From: an uncultured Pelagibacteraceae bacterium
GTDB lineage: Bacteria > Pseudomonadota > Alphaproteobacteria > Pelagibacterales > Pelagibacteraceae
Assembly (NCBI GenBank): GCA_902550635.1
Contig: CACCZY010000002.1
Location: 10,169-74,168, forward strand
Direction of reading: 5' to 3'
DNA: 64,000 nucleotides
Shown here: piece after piece, positions 27,842 through 37,515 of the stretch
How positions within the stretch are numbered: position 1 is the stretch's first letter
Layout of the letters: each line of letters begins with the position of its first letter
Position numbers and translations under genes: made by a program
Notes under the pieces: generated by a model
Database searches by the model: none
Seen by the model: the letters and a program-made list of their open reading frames with translations, nothing else
What the model was told of the DNA's origin: nothing

Positions 27842-27920
27842 GTTAAATTAAATTATATCTTGACCAAGAATTCAGACTTTCCCTTATCTCCCTCATATTC
27901 TTGGTCAGGATGATCTTAAC
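27842..27920 (+). ncRNA. candidate small RNA: long hairpin with CU-rich loop
   Basis: ATCTTGACCAAGAAT(27857-27871) pairs with ATTCTTGGTCAGGAT(27897-27911), one G-U on the + strand; loop TCAGACTTTCCCTTATCTCCCTCAT. Confidence 0.5.
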
Positions 27921-27957
27921 GGTTTTAAAATAAAAAAATTAAATCTATAATAATAAA

Positions 27958-28665
27958 ATGTTTCCTTTTTTTCAAAGTGATAGATTTTTATTTTTTTGTT
28001 TAAAATATCAAAAATTAATTTTTTATTTTTTTGTATCATTACTTGTTTTGGGGTTATGGGAAGGACTTATTGTATCGCCTGAAGATTATATACAGGGAAA
28101 TTCAGTACGTATAATGTATGTTCATGTACCATCTGCTTGGATTTCTTTAGGAATATTTTCTGTTATAGGAACATTGTCTATATTTTCTTTTGTATTTAAA
28201 ATTAAAAATTTTTTAATTATTTGTAAAAGTTTAGCTCCTACAGGATTTGTTTTTAATCTTATAGCTTTAGTTACTGGTGCAATTTGGGGAAAGCCAACAT
28301 GGGGAACTTGGTGGGCATGGGACGCTAGAATAACATCCATGTTAATTTTGTTTTTATTTTATTTTGTTTATTTACTTTCATTTAACTTATTTAAAAAAAA
28401 TAAAAATTTAAATAAAATTTCATCAATAATTGCAATTCTAGGATTAATAAACATTCCAATAATCAAGTTTTCTGTAGAATGGTGGTCAACATTACATCAA
28501 CCTTCAAGTGTTAAGATTTTATCTGAAACATCAATTCATAACTCTATGTTATTACCTTTGCTAATAATGACTGCGTCATTTGCTCTCTTTTCATTGTTAA
28601 TTTTTTTGATGAAATATAATACTGAACTGATAAAACTTAGGAATAAAAGGCTTGATAGATTATGA
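27958..28665 (+). CDS. ccmC: heme exporter protein C
   Basis: RIMYVHVPSAW, WGKPTWGTWWAWDARITS (WWD domain), WWSTLHQ. Confidence 0.96.
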   Translation: MFPFFQSDRFLFFCLKYQKLIFYFFVSLLVLGLWEGLIVSPEDYIQGNSVRIMYVHVPSAWISLGIFSVIGTLSIFSFVFKIKNFLIICKSLAPTGFVFNLIALVTGAIWGKPTWGTWWAWDARITSMLILFLFYFVYLLSFNLFKKNKNLNKISSIIAILGLINIPIIKFSVEWWSTLHQPSSVKILSETSIHNSMLLPLLIMTASFALFSLLIFLMKYNTELIKLRNKRLDRL

Positions 28666-28901
28666 TAGTAAATTTTCTTAATATGGATGGACACGGTATA
28701 TTTGTTTGGTCAGCTTTCATTTTTACAATGGTGAATTTTTTAACTCTGTACTTTATAATTAGTAAGAATCTAAAAAAAGAAAAAATAAAATTTTTTTCAA
28801 GATATTCAATTTATAAAAAAGATAAAGATAGAACCAAAAATTTACCTGAATCGAAAGAAACTGTAAGTGCTATAAAATTTGCTGTTAAATCGAAAAACTA
28901 A
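28662..28901 (+). CDS. ccmD: heme exporter protein D
   Basis: MDGHGIFVWSAF single TM plus basic tail; between ccmC and ccmE. Confidence 0.8.
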   Translation: MIVNFLNMDGHGIFVWSAFIFTMVNFLTLYFIISKNLKKEKIKFFSRYSIYKKDKDRTKNLPESKETVSAIKFAVKSKN

Positions 28902-28922
28902 TTTCTAAATCTAAAAAATTAA

Positions 28923-29342
28923 ATGTATGGTAAAAAAGTAAAACTTAGATTTATTTTTATTTTTGCACTTATATTAATTACAATTTTAACATCCTATTTA
29001 ATTTTAAATAATTTAAAAAGTAACGTAGTATATTTTTTATCACCTACAGAAATTAGTAATTTGACAGAAATTACAAATGAAAAATTACGAGTTGGTGGAA
29101 TGGTTAAAAAAAATTCAATTAAAATTGATTCAAATAATATTAATTTTGTAATTACAGATTTTTCTAATGAAATTATTGTTTCATTTTCTGGGTCAGTTCC
29201 AAATTTATTTAAAGAAGAAAAAGGTGTTGTAGCTGAAGGATATTTACGAGATAAAAATTTTTTTATTGCAAATAAAATTTTAGCAAAGCACGATGAAAAC
29301 TATATGCCGCCAGAAGTAAAAGAAGCTTTGGAGGGTAAATAA
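28923..29342 (+). CDS. ccmE: cytochrome c maturation heme chaperone CcmE
   Basis: [33 protein letters not shown]. Confidence 0.96.
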   Translation: MYGKKVKLRFIFIFALILITILTSYLILNNLKSNVVYFLSPTEISNLTEITNEKLRVGGMVKKNSIKIDSNNINFVITDFSNEIIVSFSGSVPNLFKEEKGVVAEGYLRDKNFFIANKILAKHDENYMPPEVKEALEGK

Positions 29343-31217
29343 TTGATACTCAGTCAAATTGGTTATTATTCTTTAGTTTTTGTTTTAGCAATATCGATTT
29401 TAATATTATTTTATTGTTTTAAACAATTAAAATTTTTAAATAAAAATTACTATTTAAATTTAATAAATCTTAATTTTCTACAATCTTTATTAGTAGTTAT
29501 AAGTTTTTCTAGTTTAATATTTTCATTTTTAAATTCTCAATTTATTAATAGAACTGTTTATGAAAATTCACATACCACAAAACCTTTTTTTTATAAATTT
29601 TCAGGAACATGGGGTAATCACGAGGGAAGTTTATTATTGTGGATATTAGTTTTAATAATATTTTCTTTACTTTTTTTATTTACATCTCAAAAAAAAGAAA
29701 AAAAATATTTAACATTAACTCTTTTGTTTCAACAAATAATTATTTTAGGTTTCTTAATTTTTACTTTAGTTACTTCTAATCCATTTGATATAATTTTTCC
29801 TATACCTAATGAAGGATTGGGTTTAAATCCTATTTTGCAAGACCCAGCATTAGCTGTTCATCCTCCTATTTTATATATTGGATATGTAGGCTGTTCTATA
29901 ATTTTCTCTTCATCGCTTGCTGCTCTAATGAGTCAAAGTGTAAATGGAAATTGGGCAAGCCATATAAAAAAATGGGCAATAGTTTCTTGGATTTTTTTGA
30001 CAGTAGGAATAATGTTGGGTTCAATTTGGGCATACTATGAATTAGGCTGGGGCGGTTTCTGGTTTTGGGATCCAGTTGAAAATGTTTCGTTAATGCCCTG
30101 GCTAACCTTGACCGCTTTAATTCATTCTCTCGCAGTTATTGAAAAAAAATCTCAATTAAAAGGATGGGTAATTATCTTATCTATTTCTACTTTTGTTTTA
30201 AGTGTAGCGGGAACTTTTTTAGTAAGATCTGGTATTTTAAATTCAATACACACATTCGCCAATGATCCTCAAAGAGGAATATTTATTTTAATTTTTTTAT
30301 TTCTTTTAATTTTTTTGTCTTTGGTAATATTTTTTAAATTTTATAAACAAGACTTAAATTTAAATAAATTAACTTTCACTAATGATTTATCAATATTAAT
30401 TAATAATTGGTTCATGATGTATTTCTTATCTGTAGTTTTAATTGGAACAATTTATCCAATTTTTTTGGAAGTTATAAACAATACAAAAATTTCAGTTGGT
30501 CCTCCTTTTTTTAATAAATTAATTTCTATTTTTTTAATACCTTTTTTATTATTTATGGGTTTTGGTGCTTCATTAGGTTGGTTAAAATCTAATTTTAAAA
30601 AAATATACCTACAAAATGTAGTATTATTTTTTGTATCAATCATTACATCATCTTACTTATTCCTATTTATAGGTGATAAAGGTTTATTTCTAAGTTTAAT
30701 AATGGGAGGATCAATTTATTTATTTTTAGCAACAATTAGAGATTTAATAAAAAAAAATAAACAAAATTTAAGTCAAAGAATATCTCATTTTGGATTTTCA
30801 TTATTAGTATTAAGTATATTATTTAATAGTATTTTTTCTGAGGAGCATAATTTTAATTTAAATGTAGGTGATAAATTTAAACTTGAGAAAGAAACTATTT
30901 TTTTCCAAAATATTTCAATGACAAATGATAAAAATTTTAAAAAAGTAGAAGGTATTTTTTTAATTCAATCAAATAACTACAAAGATATTATACTTAAACC
31001 ACAGCTTAGAATATATAATCAGCCAGTAATAATTACATCAGAAGCTGATATACTTTCAACTCTATACTCAGATAACTTTATTGTTATGAATAAAATTGAT
31101 GATAGCAATATGTTTAATATAAGGTATCAAAAAAAACCTCTAATGATATGGATTTGGATTTCAACAATAATAATTGTACTAGGTGGTACTTTAACTTTTT
31201 TTAAAGATCGAAAATGA
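29343..31217 (+). CDS. ccmF: cytochrome c heme lyase CcmF
   Basis: WGNHEGSLLLW, GLNPILQDP..AVHPP, WAYYELGWGGFWFWDPVEN.SLMPW, GTFLVRSG..NSIHTFA. Confidence 0.96.
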   Translation: MILSQIGYYSLVFVLAISILILFYCFKQLKFLNKNYYLNLINLNFLQSLLVVISFSSLIFSFLNSQFINRTVYENSHTTKPFFYKFSGTWGNHEGSLLLWILVLIIFSLLFLFTSQKKEKKYLTLTLLFQQIIILGFLIFTLVTSNPFDIIFPIPNEGLGLNPILQDPALAVHPPILYIGYVGCSIIFSSSLAALMSQSVNGNWASHIKKWAIVSWIFLTVGIMLGSIWAYYELGWGGFWFWDPVENVSLMPWLTLTALIHSLAVIEKKSQLKGWVIILSISTFVLSVAGTFLVRSGILNSIHTFANDPQRGIFILIFLFLLIFLSLVIFFKFYKQDLNLNKLTFTNDLSILINNWFMMYFLSVVLIGTIYPIFLEVINNTKISVGPPFFNKLISIFLIPFLLFMGFGASLGWLKSNFKKIYLQNVVLFFVSIITSSYLFLFIGDKGLFLSLIMGGSIYLFLATIRDLIKKNKQNLSQRISHFGFSLLVLSILFNSIFSEEHNFNLNVGDKFKLEKETIFFQNISMTNDKNFKKVEGIFLIQSNNYKDIILKPQLRIYNQPVIITSEADILSTLYSDNFIVMNKIDDSNMFNIRYQKKPLMIWIWISTIIIVLGGTLTFFKDRK

Positions 31218-31735
31218 GTTCAAAAATAAAATTTATTTCAATTTTTTGTTTTTTTATTTTTTGTTTTTTTATTTTTTTTCTGTCTCTCAAAGACAGTAAA
31301 AAATACACCCCAAAAGCTTTGATTAATAAAAAAATTATAAATTTTGAAATGAAACAATTAGAGTCAAATGAGATTATTACTGAAAATGATATATTTGAAA
31401 TTAATAAAATTACATTACTTAATATATGGTCTTCTTGGTGTCTTCCTTGTAGAGATGAACATAAATATTTAACTGAGCTAAAAATGAATAATAAATTAAA
31501 TATGGTTGGTATTAATTATAAAGATAAAAAAAAAAATGCGCAAAATTTTTTAAATGAGTTTGGAAATCCTTATAAGTTAATATTGGTTGATGAAGATGGA
31601 AAAAATAGTATAAATTTTGGTGCATATGGTGTTCCTGAAACTTTTATTTATAATTCTGAAAAAAAATTAATTAAAAAAATTATTGGGCCGATTGATTTAA
31701 AATCTTTTAACGAAATAAAAAATATTTTAAAATGA
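31214..31735 (+). CDS. ccmG: thiol:disulfide interchange protein CcmG/DsbE
   Basis: N-terminal TM, WSSWCLPCRDEH, GINYKD, GAYGVPETF. Confidence 0.93.
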   Translation: MSSKIKFISIFCFFIFCFFIFFLSLKDSKKYTPKALINKKIINFEMKQLESNEIITENDIFEINKITLLNIWSSWCLPCRDEHKYLTELKMNNKLNMVGINYKDKKKNAQNFLNEFGNPYKLILVDEDGKNSINFGAYGVPETFIYNSEKKLIKKIIGPIDLKSFNEIKNILK

Positions 31736-32076
31736 AAAAAATTTTAATTTTGATTATAATTATATATCCAACAATATCCTTTTCTGTTGATAATAATAAA
31801 ATAAACAAAATAACTAAAAATTTAAGATGTTTAATATGCCAAGGTCAGTCAATATATGACTCACAGTCAGAGTTTGCAAATAGTCTAAAAAAGGTTGTTG
31901 AAGATAAAATAAATGAAAATATGACTGAAAAGCAGATATATAAATTTTTAACTGATAAATATGGTGAGTGGATTCTCTATGAACCAGAATTTAACAAAAA
32001 TACTTATTTTTTGTGGTTATTTCCATTAGCCATTTTTATTTTTGGTGGTATTTTAATTTTTAAAAAAAAAACATAA
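31732..32076 (+). CDS. ccmH: cytochrome c biogenesis protein CcmH
   Basis: LRCLICQGQSIYDS, YGEWILYEP, LWLFP. Confidence 0.93.
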   Translation: MKKILILIIIIYPTISFSVDNNKINKITKNLRCLICQGQSIYDSQSEFANSLKKVVEDKINENMTEKQIYKFLTDKYGEWILYEPEFNKNTYFLWLFPLAIFIFGGILIFKKKT

Positions 32077-32086
32077 AATATATTGG

Positions 32087-32587
32087 ATGAAAAAACTTTT
32101 AATTGTATTAGGATTAACTTTATTATTTCAGAATAGCTTGAGTATAAAGGCTGAGGAAAAAAATCAAGAATTTAACTTTTTTACAGGTATATTTGATTTT
32201 AGTCATGATAAACATCATTCTACAATTGTGGGTATTCAACATCAAAATGAAGATCTTTTTAGAGAAAGTTTTTTAGGAACTATATCTCCAGTAAGTGGTT
32301 TATTTATTACTGCTGATAGTGCCACTTATATTTATACTGGTATTCAAGCTCAATATAATGTTGGAAAATTAAATTTAACTCCTAGTTTTACCCCAGGACT
32401 TTATCATGAAGGAGATGGAAAAGATTTAGGGCATATGTTTGAATTAAAAAGTGAACTACAAGTTTCTTATGACTTAATGTCCAATACTCAAATGGGGCTT
32501 TCTTATAATCATATATCTAATGCAAGTTTAGGAGAAAAAAATCCTGGTGCAAATAGTTATATGTTTAATATTTTAAAAAAATTTTAA
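32087..32587 (+). CDS. PagL-like lipid A 3-O-deacylase (acyloxyacyl hydrolase) outer-membrane protein
   Basis: signal peptide, beta-strand pattern, GKDLG, HISNASLGEKNPG motif, C-terminal Phe. Confidence 0.75.
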   Translation: MKKLLIVLGLTLLFQNSLSIKAEEKNQEFNFFTGIFDFSHDKHHSTIVGIQHQNEDLFRESFLGTISPVSGLFITADSATYIYTGIQAQYNVGKLNLTPSFTPGLYHEGDGKDLGHMFELKSELQVSYDLMSNTQMGLSYNHISNASLGEKNPGANSYMFNILKKF

Positions 32588-32597
32588 AGATAAAATT

Positions 32598-33752
32598 GTG
32601 AAATTAAAAGACTGTTATAATTTTCAGGACTTTAGAAAATTAGCAAAAAAAAAATTACCATCACCGATTTTTCACTATATTGATGGAGCAGCAGATGATG
32701 AAATCACATACAAAAGAAATACAAGTGCATTCGAAGATGTTGATTTAGTTCCTAACGTTTTAAGAGGGGTTGAGAATATTGATTTATCAACCACAATATT
32801 TGGCAAAAAATTAGATTTACCTTTTTATTTAGCACCAACGGCGTTGCAAAGACTTTTTCATTATGACGGTGAAAGAGCAGTTGGAAAAGCGGCAAAAAAA
32901 TTTAATACTATGTTTGGTGTTTCAGCTTTAGCTACTGTGAGTGTAGAAGAAATATCTTCAATAATTGATACTCCAAAAATGTTTCAGTTTTATTTTCACA
33001 AAGACAGAGGTTTAAATGACGCTTGCTTAGAAAGAGCTAAAGCAGCAAAATTTGATGTAATGGCTTTAACAGTTGATACTATAACTGGCGGAAATCGTGA
33101 AAGAGATCTACATACTGGTTTTACGTCTCCTCCTAAACTGACATTATCAAGTTTATTTAGTTTTGCTACAAAGCCTATGTGGGGAATAAACTATTTAACT
33201 AAAGGTAAGTTTGAATTACCTCATCTTCAAGATTATGTAAAAGAAGGAACTAGCACCAACACATCAATTGGAAACTATTTTTCTACTATGCTGGATCAGT
33301 CTATGAATTGGAAAGATGCTGAAAAACTTTGTTCTCAGTGGGGCGGCCATTTTGCTCTAAAAGGAGTTATGAGTGTTGAAGATGCTAAAAGAGCAGTTGA
33401 TATTGGATGTACAGGCATAATGGTTTCAAATCACGGCGGAAGACAACTTGATGGGTCAAGATCTCCTTTTGATCAACTTGCAGAAATAGTTGATGCAGTG
33501 GGAGACAAAATTGATGTAATTTGTGAAGGTGGAATTCAGAGAGGTACTCATATTTTAAAAGCATTATCAGTAGGTGCAAAAGCTTGTTCGGGCGGAAGAC
33601 TCTATCTGTATGCTTTAGCTGCCGCAGGACAAGCGGGTGTTGAAAGAGCACTGGGACAGTATAAAGCTGAATTAGAGAGAGATATGAAATTAATGGGTTG
33701 CACAAAAATATCAGATCTAAATAGAAATAATTTAAGATTTAGAAAACTTTAA
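32598..33752 (+). CDS. FMN-dependent alpha-hydroxy-acid oxidase/dehydrogenase (LldD-like), copy 1
   Basis: FHYIDGAADDE, FQFY, LTVD....GNRERD, LKGV, SNHGGRQLDG. Confidence 0.92.
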   Translation: MKLKDCYNFQDFRKLAKKKLPSPIFHYIDGAADDEITYKRNTSAFEDVDLVPNVLRGVENIDLSTTIFGKKLDLPFYLAPTALQRLFHYDGERAVGKAAKKFNTMFGVSALATVSVEEISSIIDTPKMFQFYFHKDRGLNDACLERAKAAKFDVMALTVDTITGGNRERDLHTGFTSPPKLTLSSLFSFATKPMWGINYLTKGKFELPHLQDYVKEGTSTNTSIGNYFSTMLDQSMNWKDAEKLCSQWGGHFALKGVMSVEDAKRAVDIGCTGIMVSNHGGRQLDGSRSPFDQLAEIVDAVGDKIDVICEGGIQRGTHILKALSVGAKACSGGRLYLYALAAAGQAGVERALGQYKAELERDMKLMGCTKISDLNRNNLRFRKL

Positions 33753-33757
33753 TATTT

Positions 33758-34912
33758 TTGATGAGCTTAAAAGATTGTTATAATTTTGAGGATTTTCGAA
33801 AATTAGCAAAAAAAAAACTACCTTCGCCTATTTTTCATTATATTGACGGAGGAGCTGATGATGAAACTACATTAAAAAGAAATACCGAGTCTTTTAACGA
33901 GTGTGATTTAATTCCCAACATTCTTGCAAGTGTTGGAAAACCTGATTTATCAACAACTATATTTGGAAAAAAAATTGATATGCCGATATTTTTATCTCCA
34001 TGCGCTATGCAAAGGCTTTACCATCATGATGGAGATAAAGCTTCCGCAAGAGCTGCAGATAAATTTAGAACATTTTACAGCATGTCGACAATGGCAAATA
34101 ATACCATTGAGGAAATTTCAAATATTTCTGGTGGCCCAAAATTATTTCAGCTTTATGTACATAAAGATCAGTCAATTACAGAAGATTTAATCGATCGTTG
34201 TAAAAGATCAGGTTTTGATGGAATGTGTTTAACTGTCGATACATTAGTTGCAGGAAATAGGGAAAGAGATCATCGAACCGGTTTTACAACACCTCCTAAG
34301 CTTACCTTACAAAGTTTGATGAGTTTTGCTATGCATCCAAAGTGGGTATTAAATTATTTAACTCATGGAAAATTTAAATTAGCAAACGTAGCTTCAAAAA
34401 CAGATAAAGGAACAGATATTGCAAAATCGGTTATTGAATATATTAATGAACAATATGATCCAGCAATGAATTGGAAAGATGCTGAGTATTGTGTAAAAAA
34501 ATGGAATGGTCCATTCGCTCTTAAAGGTGTGATGTCAGTTGATGATGCAAGAAAAGCAATAGATATTGGTTGTACAGCAATCATGATTTCAAATCATGGA
34601 GGTCGTCAACTAGATGGTTCCAGATCTCCTTTTGATCAAGTAAAGGAAATTTCTGATGCTGTAGGCGATAAGCTAGAAATTATTTTAGATGGTGGTATAA
34701 GAAGAGGAACTCACGTTTTAAAAGCTTTGGCTGCTGGAGCTAAAGCATGCAGTTTTGGTAAAATGTTTCTGTTCTCTTTGGCCGCAGGCGGCCAACAAGG
34801 AGTTGAACATTTGTTACAAAATATGCATGATGAAATTAATAGAAATATGACATTAATGGGTTGCAAAAATTTAGGTGAATTAAATAGTTCAAAATTAATT
34901 TATAGAAAATAA
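33758..34912 (+). CDS. FMN-dependent alpha-hydroxy-acid oxidase/dehydrogenase (LldD-like), copy 2
   Basis: FHYIDGGADDE, FQLY, LTVD....GNRERD, SNHGGRQLDG, DGGIRRG. Confidence 0.92.
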   Translation: MMSLKDCYNFEDFRKLAKKKLPSPIFHYIDGGADDETTLKRNTESFNECDLIPNILASVGKPDLSTTIFGKKIDMPIFLSPCAMQRLYHHDGDKASARAADKFRTFYSMSTMANNTIEEISNISGGPKLFQLYVHKDQSITEDLIDRCKRSGFDGMCLTVDTLVAGNRERDHRTGFTTPPKLTLQSLMSFAMHPKWVLNYLTHGKFKLANVASKTDKGTDIAKSVIEYINEQYDPAMNWKDAEYCVKKWNGPFALKGVMSVDDARKAIDIGCTAIMISNHGGRQLDGSRSPFDQVKEISDAVGDKLEIILDGGIRRGTHVLKALAAGAKACSFGKMFLFSLAAGGQQGVEHLLQNMHDEINRNMTLMGCKNLGELNSSKLIYRK

Positions 34913-34926
34913 AAATTTAAAAATAA

Positions 34927-36090
34927 ATGAAATTAGCAAAGAGTTTAGATAGATTAGGAACTGAGACAGCATTTAGTGTACTAGCGAAAGCGAAAAAATT
35001 AGAAGCACAAGGAAAACCAATGATACATTTAAGTTTAGGACAACCAGATTTTAAAACACCTAAACATGTCGTTGAAGCAGCTAAAAAAGCATTAGACGAT
35101 GGTCATCACGGGTATGTAATGTCTAATGGAATTCCTGAGTGTAGACAAGCTGTGACAAGAAAAATTAAAAAACTTTATAATGTAGATATAGACCATGAAA
35201 GAATATTAATAATGCCTGGAGGGAAACCCACAATGCATTATGCTATACAATGTTTTGGTGAACCAGGAGCAGAAATAATTCATCCAACTCCAGCTTTTCC
35301 AATCTATGAATCTATGATCAATTATACTGGTTCAACGCCAGTTCCTTACGATTTAACTGAAGATAAGGATTTAAAATTTAATCCTGAAAAAATATTATCT
35401 TTGATAACAGACAAGACTCGTTTGTTGATATTAATTAATCCAAATAATCCAACAGGAAGTTTTGTAGAAAAATCTGATATTGATGTTTTAGCTGACGGTT
35501 TAAAAAAACATCCACATGTAACTATATTGAGTGATGAAATTTATAGTAGACAAATTTTTGATGGTAAAAAAATGCCAACATTTTTCAACTATCCAGATTT
35601 AAGAGATAGACTGATTGTTTTGGATGGATGGAGTAAGGCTTATGCTATGACTGGCTGGAGATTAGGATGGAGTTTTTGGCCAAAAAATTTAGTTGAACAT
35701 GTTAATAAACTTTTAATTAATAGTGTATCGTGCGTAAATGCAGCTGCTCAATTTGCAGGAATAGCGGCATTAGATGGACCGGATGATCCTATTCATGAAA
35801 TGATGGAAAAATTTACACAAAGAAGAAATTTAATCCACAAAGGATTAAATGAATTACCAGGTGTAGAGTGTAGCTTACCTGGTGGAGCTTTTTATGCATT
35901 TCCAAAAGTAATTGGCACTGGAATGAATGGTGATGAATTTTGTAAAAAAGCAATGTATGAGGCTGGAGTTGCTATAGTTCCAGGTACTGCTTTTGGCAAA
36001 AGTTGCGAAGATTATGTAAGGTTTAGTTTTGCTGCCTCTAGGGATAATATCTCACAAGCCCTGGAAAATATAAAGAAAATGCTCGGCTAG
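34927..36090 (+). CDS. PLP-dependent class I/II aminotransferase
   Basis: GQPDFKTP, NPNNPTG, SDEIY, DGWSKAYAMTGWRLG, GAFYAFP, YVRFSFA. Confidence 0.93.
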   Translation: MKLAKSLDRLGTETAFSVLAKAKKLEAQGKPMIHLSLGQPDFKTPKHVVEAAKKALDDGHHGYVMSNGIPECRQAVTRKIKKLYNVDIDHERILIMPGGKPTMHYAIQCFGEPGAEIIHPTPAFPIYESMINYTGSTPVPYDLTEDKDLKFNPEKILSLITDKTRLLILINPNNPTGSFVEKSDIDVLADGLKKHPHVTILSDEIYSRQIFDGKKMPTFFNYPDLRDRLIVLDGWSKAYAMTGWRLGWSFWPKNLVEHVNKLLINSVSCVNAAAQFAGIAALDGPDDPIHEMMEKFTQRRNLIHKGLNELPGVECSLPGGAFYAFPKVIGTGMNGDEFCKKAMYEAGVAIVPGTAFGKSCEDYVRFSFAASRDNISQALENIKKMLG

Positions 36091-36133
36091 TTTTAAGTTT
36101 ATTTTTCTTTATATAATTCTATAATATTTAAAT

Positions 36134-37507
36134 ATGAATGAAGTAATTCAAAATGAATTAAAAAAGATTTTGAATGGTAGATTTTCTCAGTCAGAGTCTA
36201 CTCGAGCAAATTATGCAAGAGGAGAAGATACTTATGATCCAGTATTATCCGAAGCAGTAGTTTTTCCAGAAACTAATGAAGAGGTTTCAAAAATTTTAAA
36301 ATTATGTAATGAGCATAAAATTCCAGTAGTTCCATTTGGTACAGGCACATCTTTAGAAGGAAATGTTGTTGGAAATGAAAATGGAATAACAATTTCACTT
36401 GAAAAAATGAATAAAGTATTAAGTGTAAATGCTGAAGATTTCGACTGCAGAGTTCAGGCTTGCGTCACAAAAGAACAACTAAATGATTATTTAAGAGAGG
36501 ATGGTGTTTTTTTCCCAATTGATCCTGGTGCGAATGCTGCAATTGGTGGTATGGCTTCAACTTCAGCTTCAGGTACAATGGCTGTAAAATATGGTACCAT
36601 GAAAACTGTAATCACAGGTCTTACAGTAGTTTTGCCTAATGGTGATATTATAAATACAGGAAGTAGAACTAAAAAAACTTCTGCAGGTTATAATTTAACG
36701 AACCTATTTATTGGATCAGAAGGTACATTGGGCATAATAACTGAAGTTCATCTAAGATTATCTCCTATACCAGAAAGTATAATGAGTGCTGTATGTCATT
36801 TTCCAACTCTTGAAAATGCAGTTCAAACTGCTCAACAAGTTATCCAATATGGTGTTCCCATAGCAAGAATTGAGATGCTTAATAAAGATCAAATGGGGAT
36901 TAGTATAAATTATTCTAAGCTAAAAGATATTGAGGCAGTACCAACATTATTTTTTGAATTTCATGGGTCAGAGTTATCTAATAATGAGAATATTAAAATT
37001 GTAGAGGAAATATCAAAAGATAATAATGGCAGCTCTTTTAAGTGGGCAAAAGATTTAGAGGATAGAAATAAACTTTGGAAAGCAAGATGGGATGTATACT
37101 ATTCGGTGAAAGCTTTAATTAACAATGGAAGAGTTTATTCAACCGACGTATGTGTTCCTATTTCTAACATAACTGAGTGTGTAAATTTTGCGGAAGAACA
37201 AGCAAAAAAATTTGGACTTAGAGCTCCAATGGTAGGTCATTTAGGGGATGGAAATTTTCACGTAATTTTACCTTTTGATCCAGCAAAAAAAGAAATGTAC
37301 AAAACAATTAGAGAATTTAACGATTTATTAATTAAAAAAGCATTACAATTAAATGGAACAATTACTGGTGAACATGGTATAGGACTTCATAAAAAAGAAT
37401 ATCTCCTAGAAGAACATCCTGATAATATTCCTGTTATGAAATCAATTAAAAGAACGATAGATCCTAATAACATTATGAATCCGGGCAAAATTTTTGATTT
37501 AAATTAA
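36134..37507 (+). CDS. FAD-linked D-2-hydroxyacid oxidase/dehydrogenase (GlcD/D-lactate dehydrogenase family)
   Basis: PFGTGTSLEG, FPIDPG, GYNLTNLFIGSEGTLGIITE, GHLGDGNFH, TGEHGIG, DPNNIMNPGK. Confidence 0.92.
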   Translation: MNEVIQNELKKILNGRFSQSESTRANYARGEDTYDPVLSEAVVFPETNEEVSKILKLCNEHKIPVVPFGTGTSLEGNVVGNENGITISLEKMNKVLSVNAEDFDCRVQACVTKEQLNDYLREDGVFFPIDPGANAAIGGMASTSASGTMAVKYGTMKTVITGLTVVLPNGDIINTGSRTKKTSAGYNLTNLFIGSEGTLGIITEVHLRLSPIPESIMSAVCHFPTLENAVQTAQQVIQYGVPIARIEMLNKDQMGISINYSKLKDIEAVPTLFFEFHGSELSNNENIKIVEEISKDNNGSSFKWAKDLEDRNKLWKARWDVYYSVKALINNGRVYSTDVCVPISNITECVNFAEEQAKKFGLRAPMVGHLGDGNFHVILPFDPAKKEMYKTIREFNDLLIKKALQLNGTITGEHGIGLHKKEYLLEEHPDNIPVMKSIKRTIDPNNIMNPGKIFDLN

Positions 37508-37515
37508 TCATAAGG

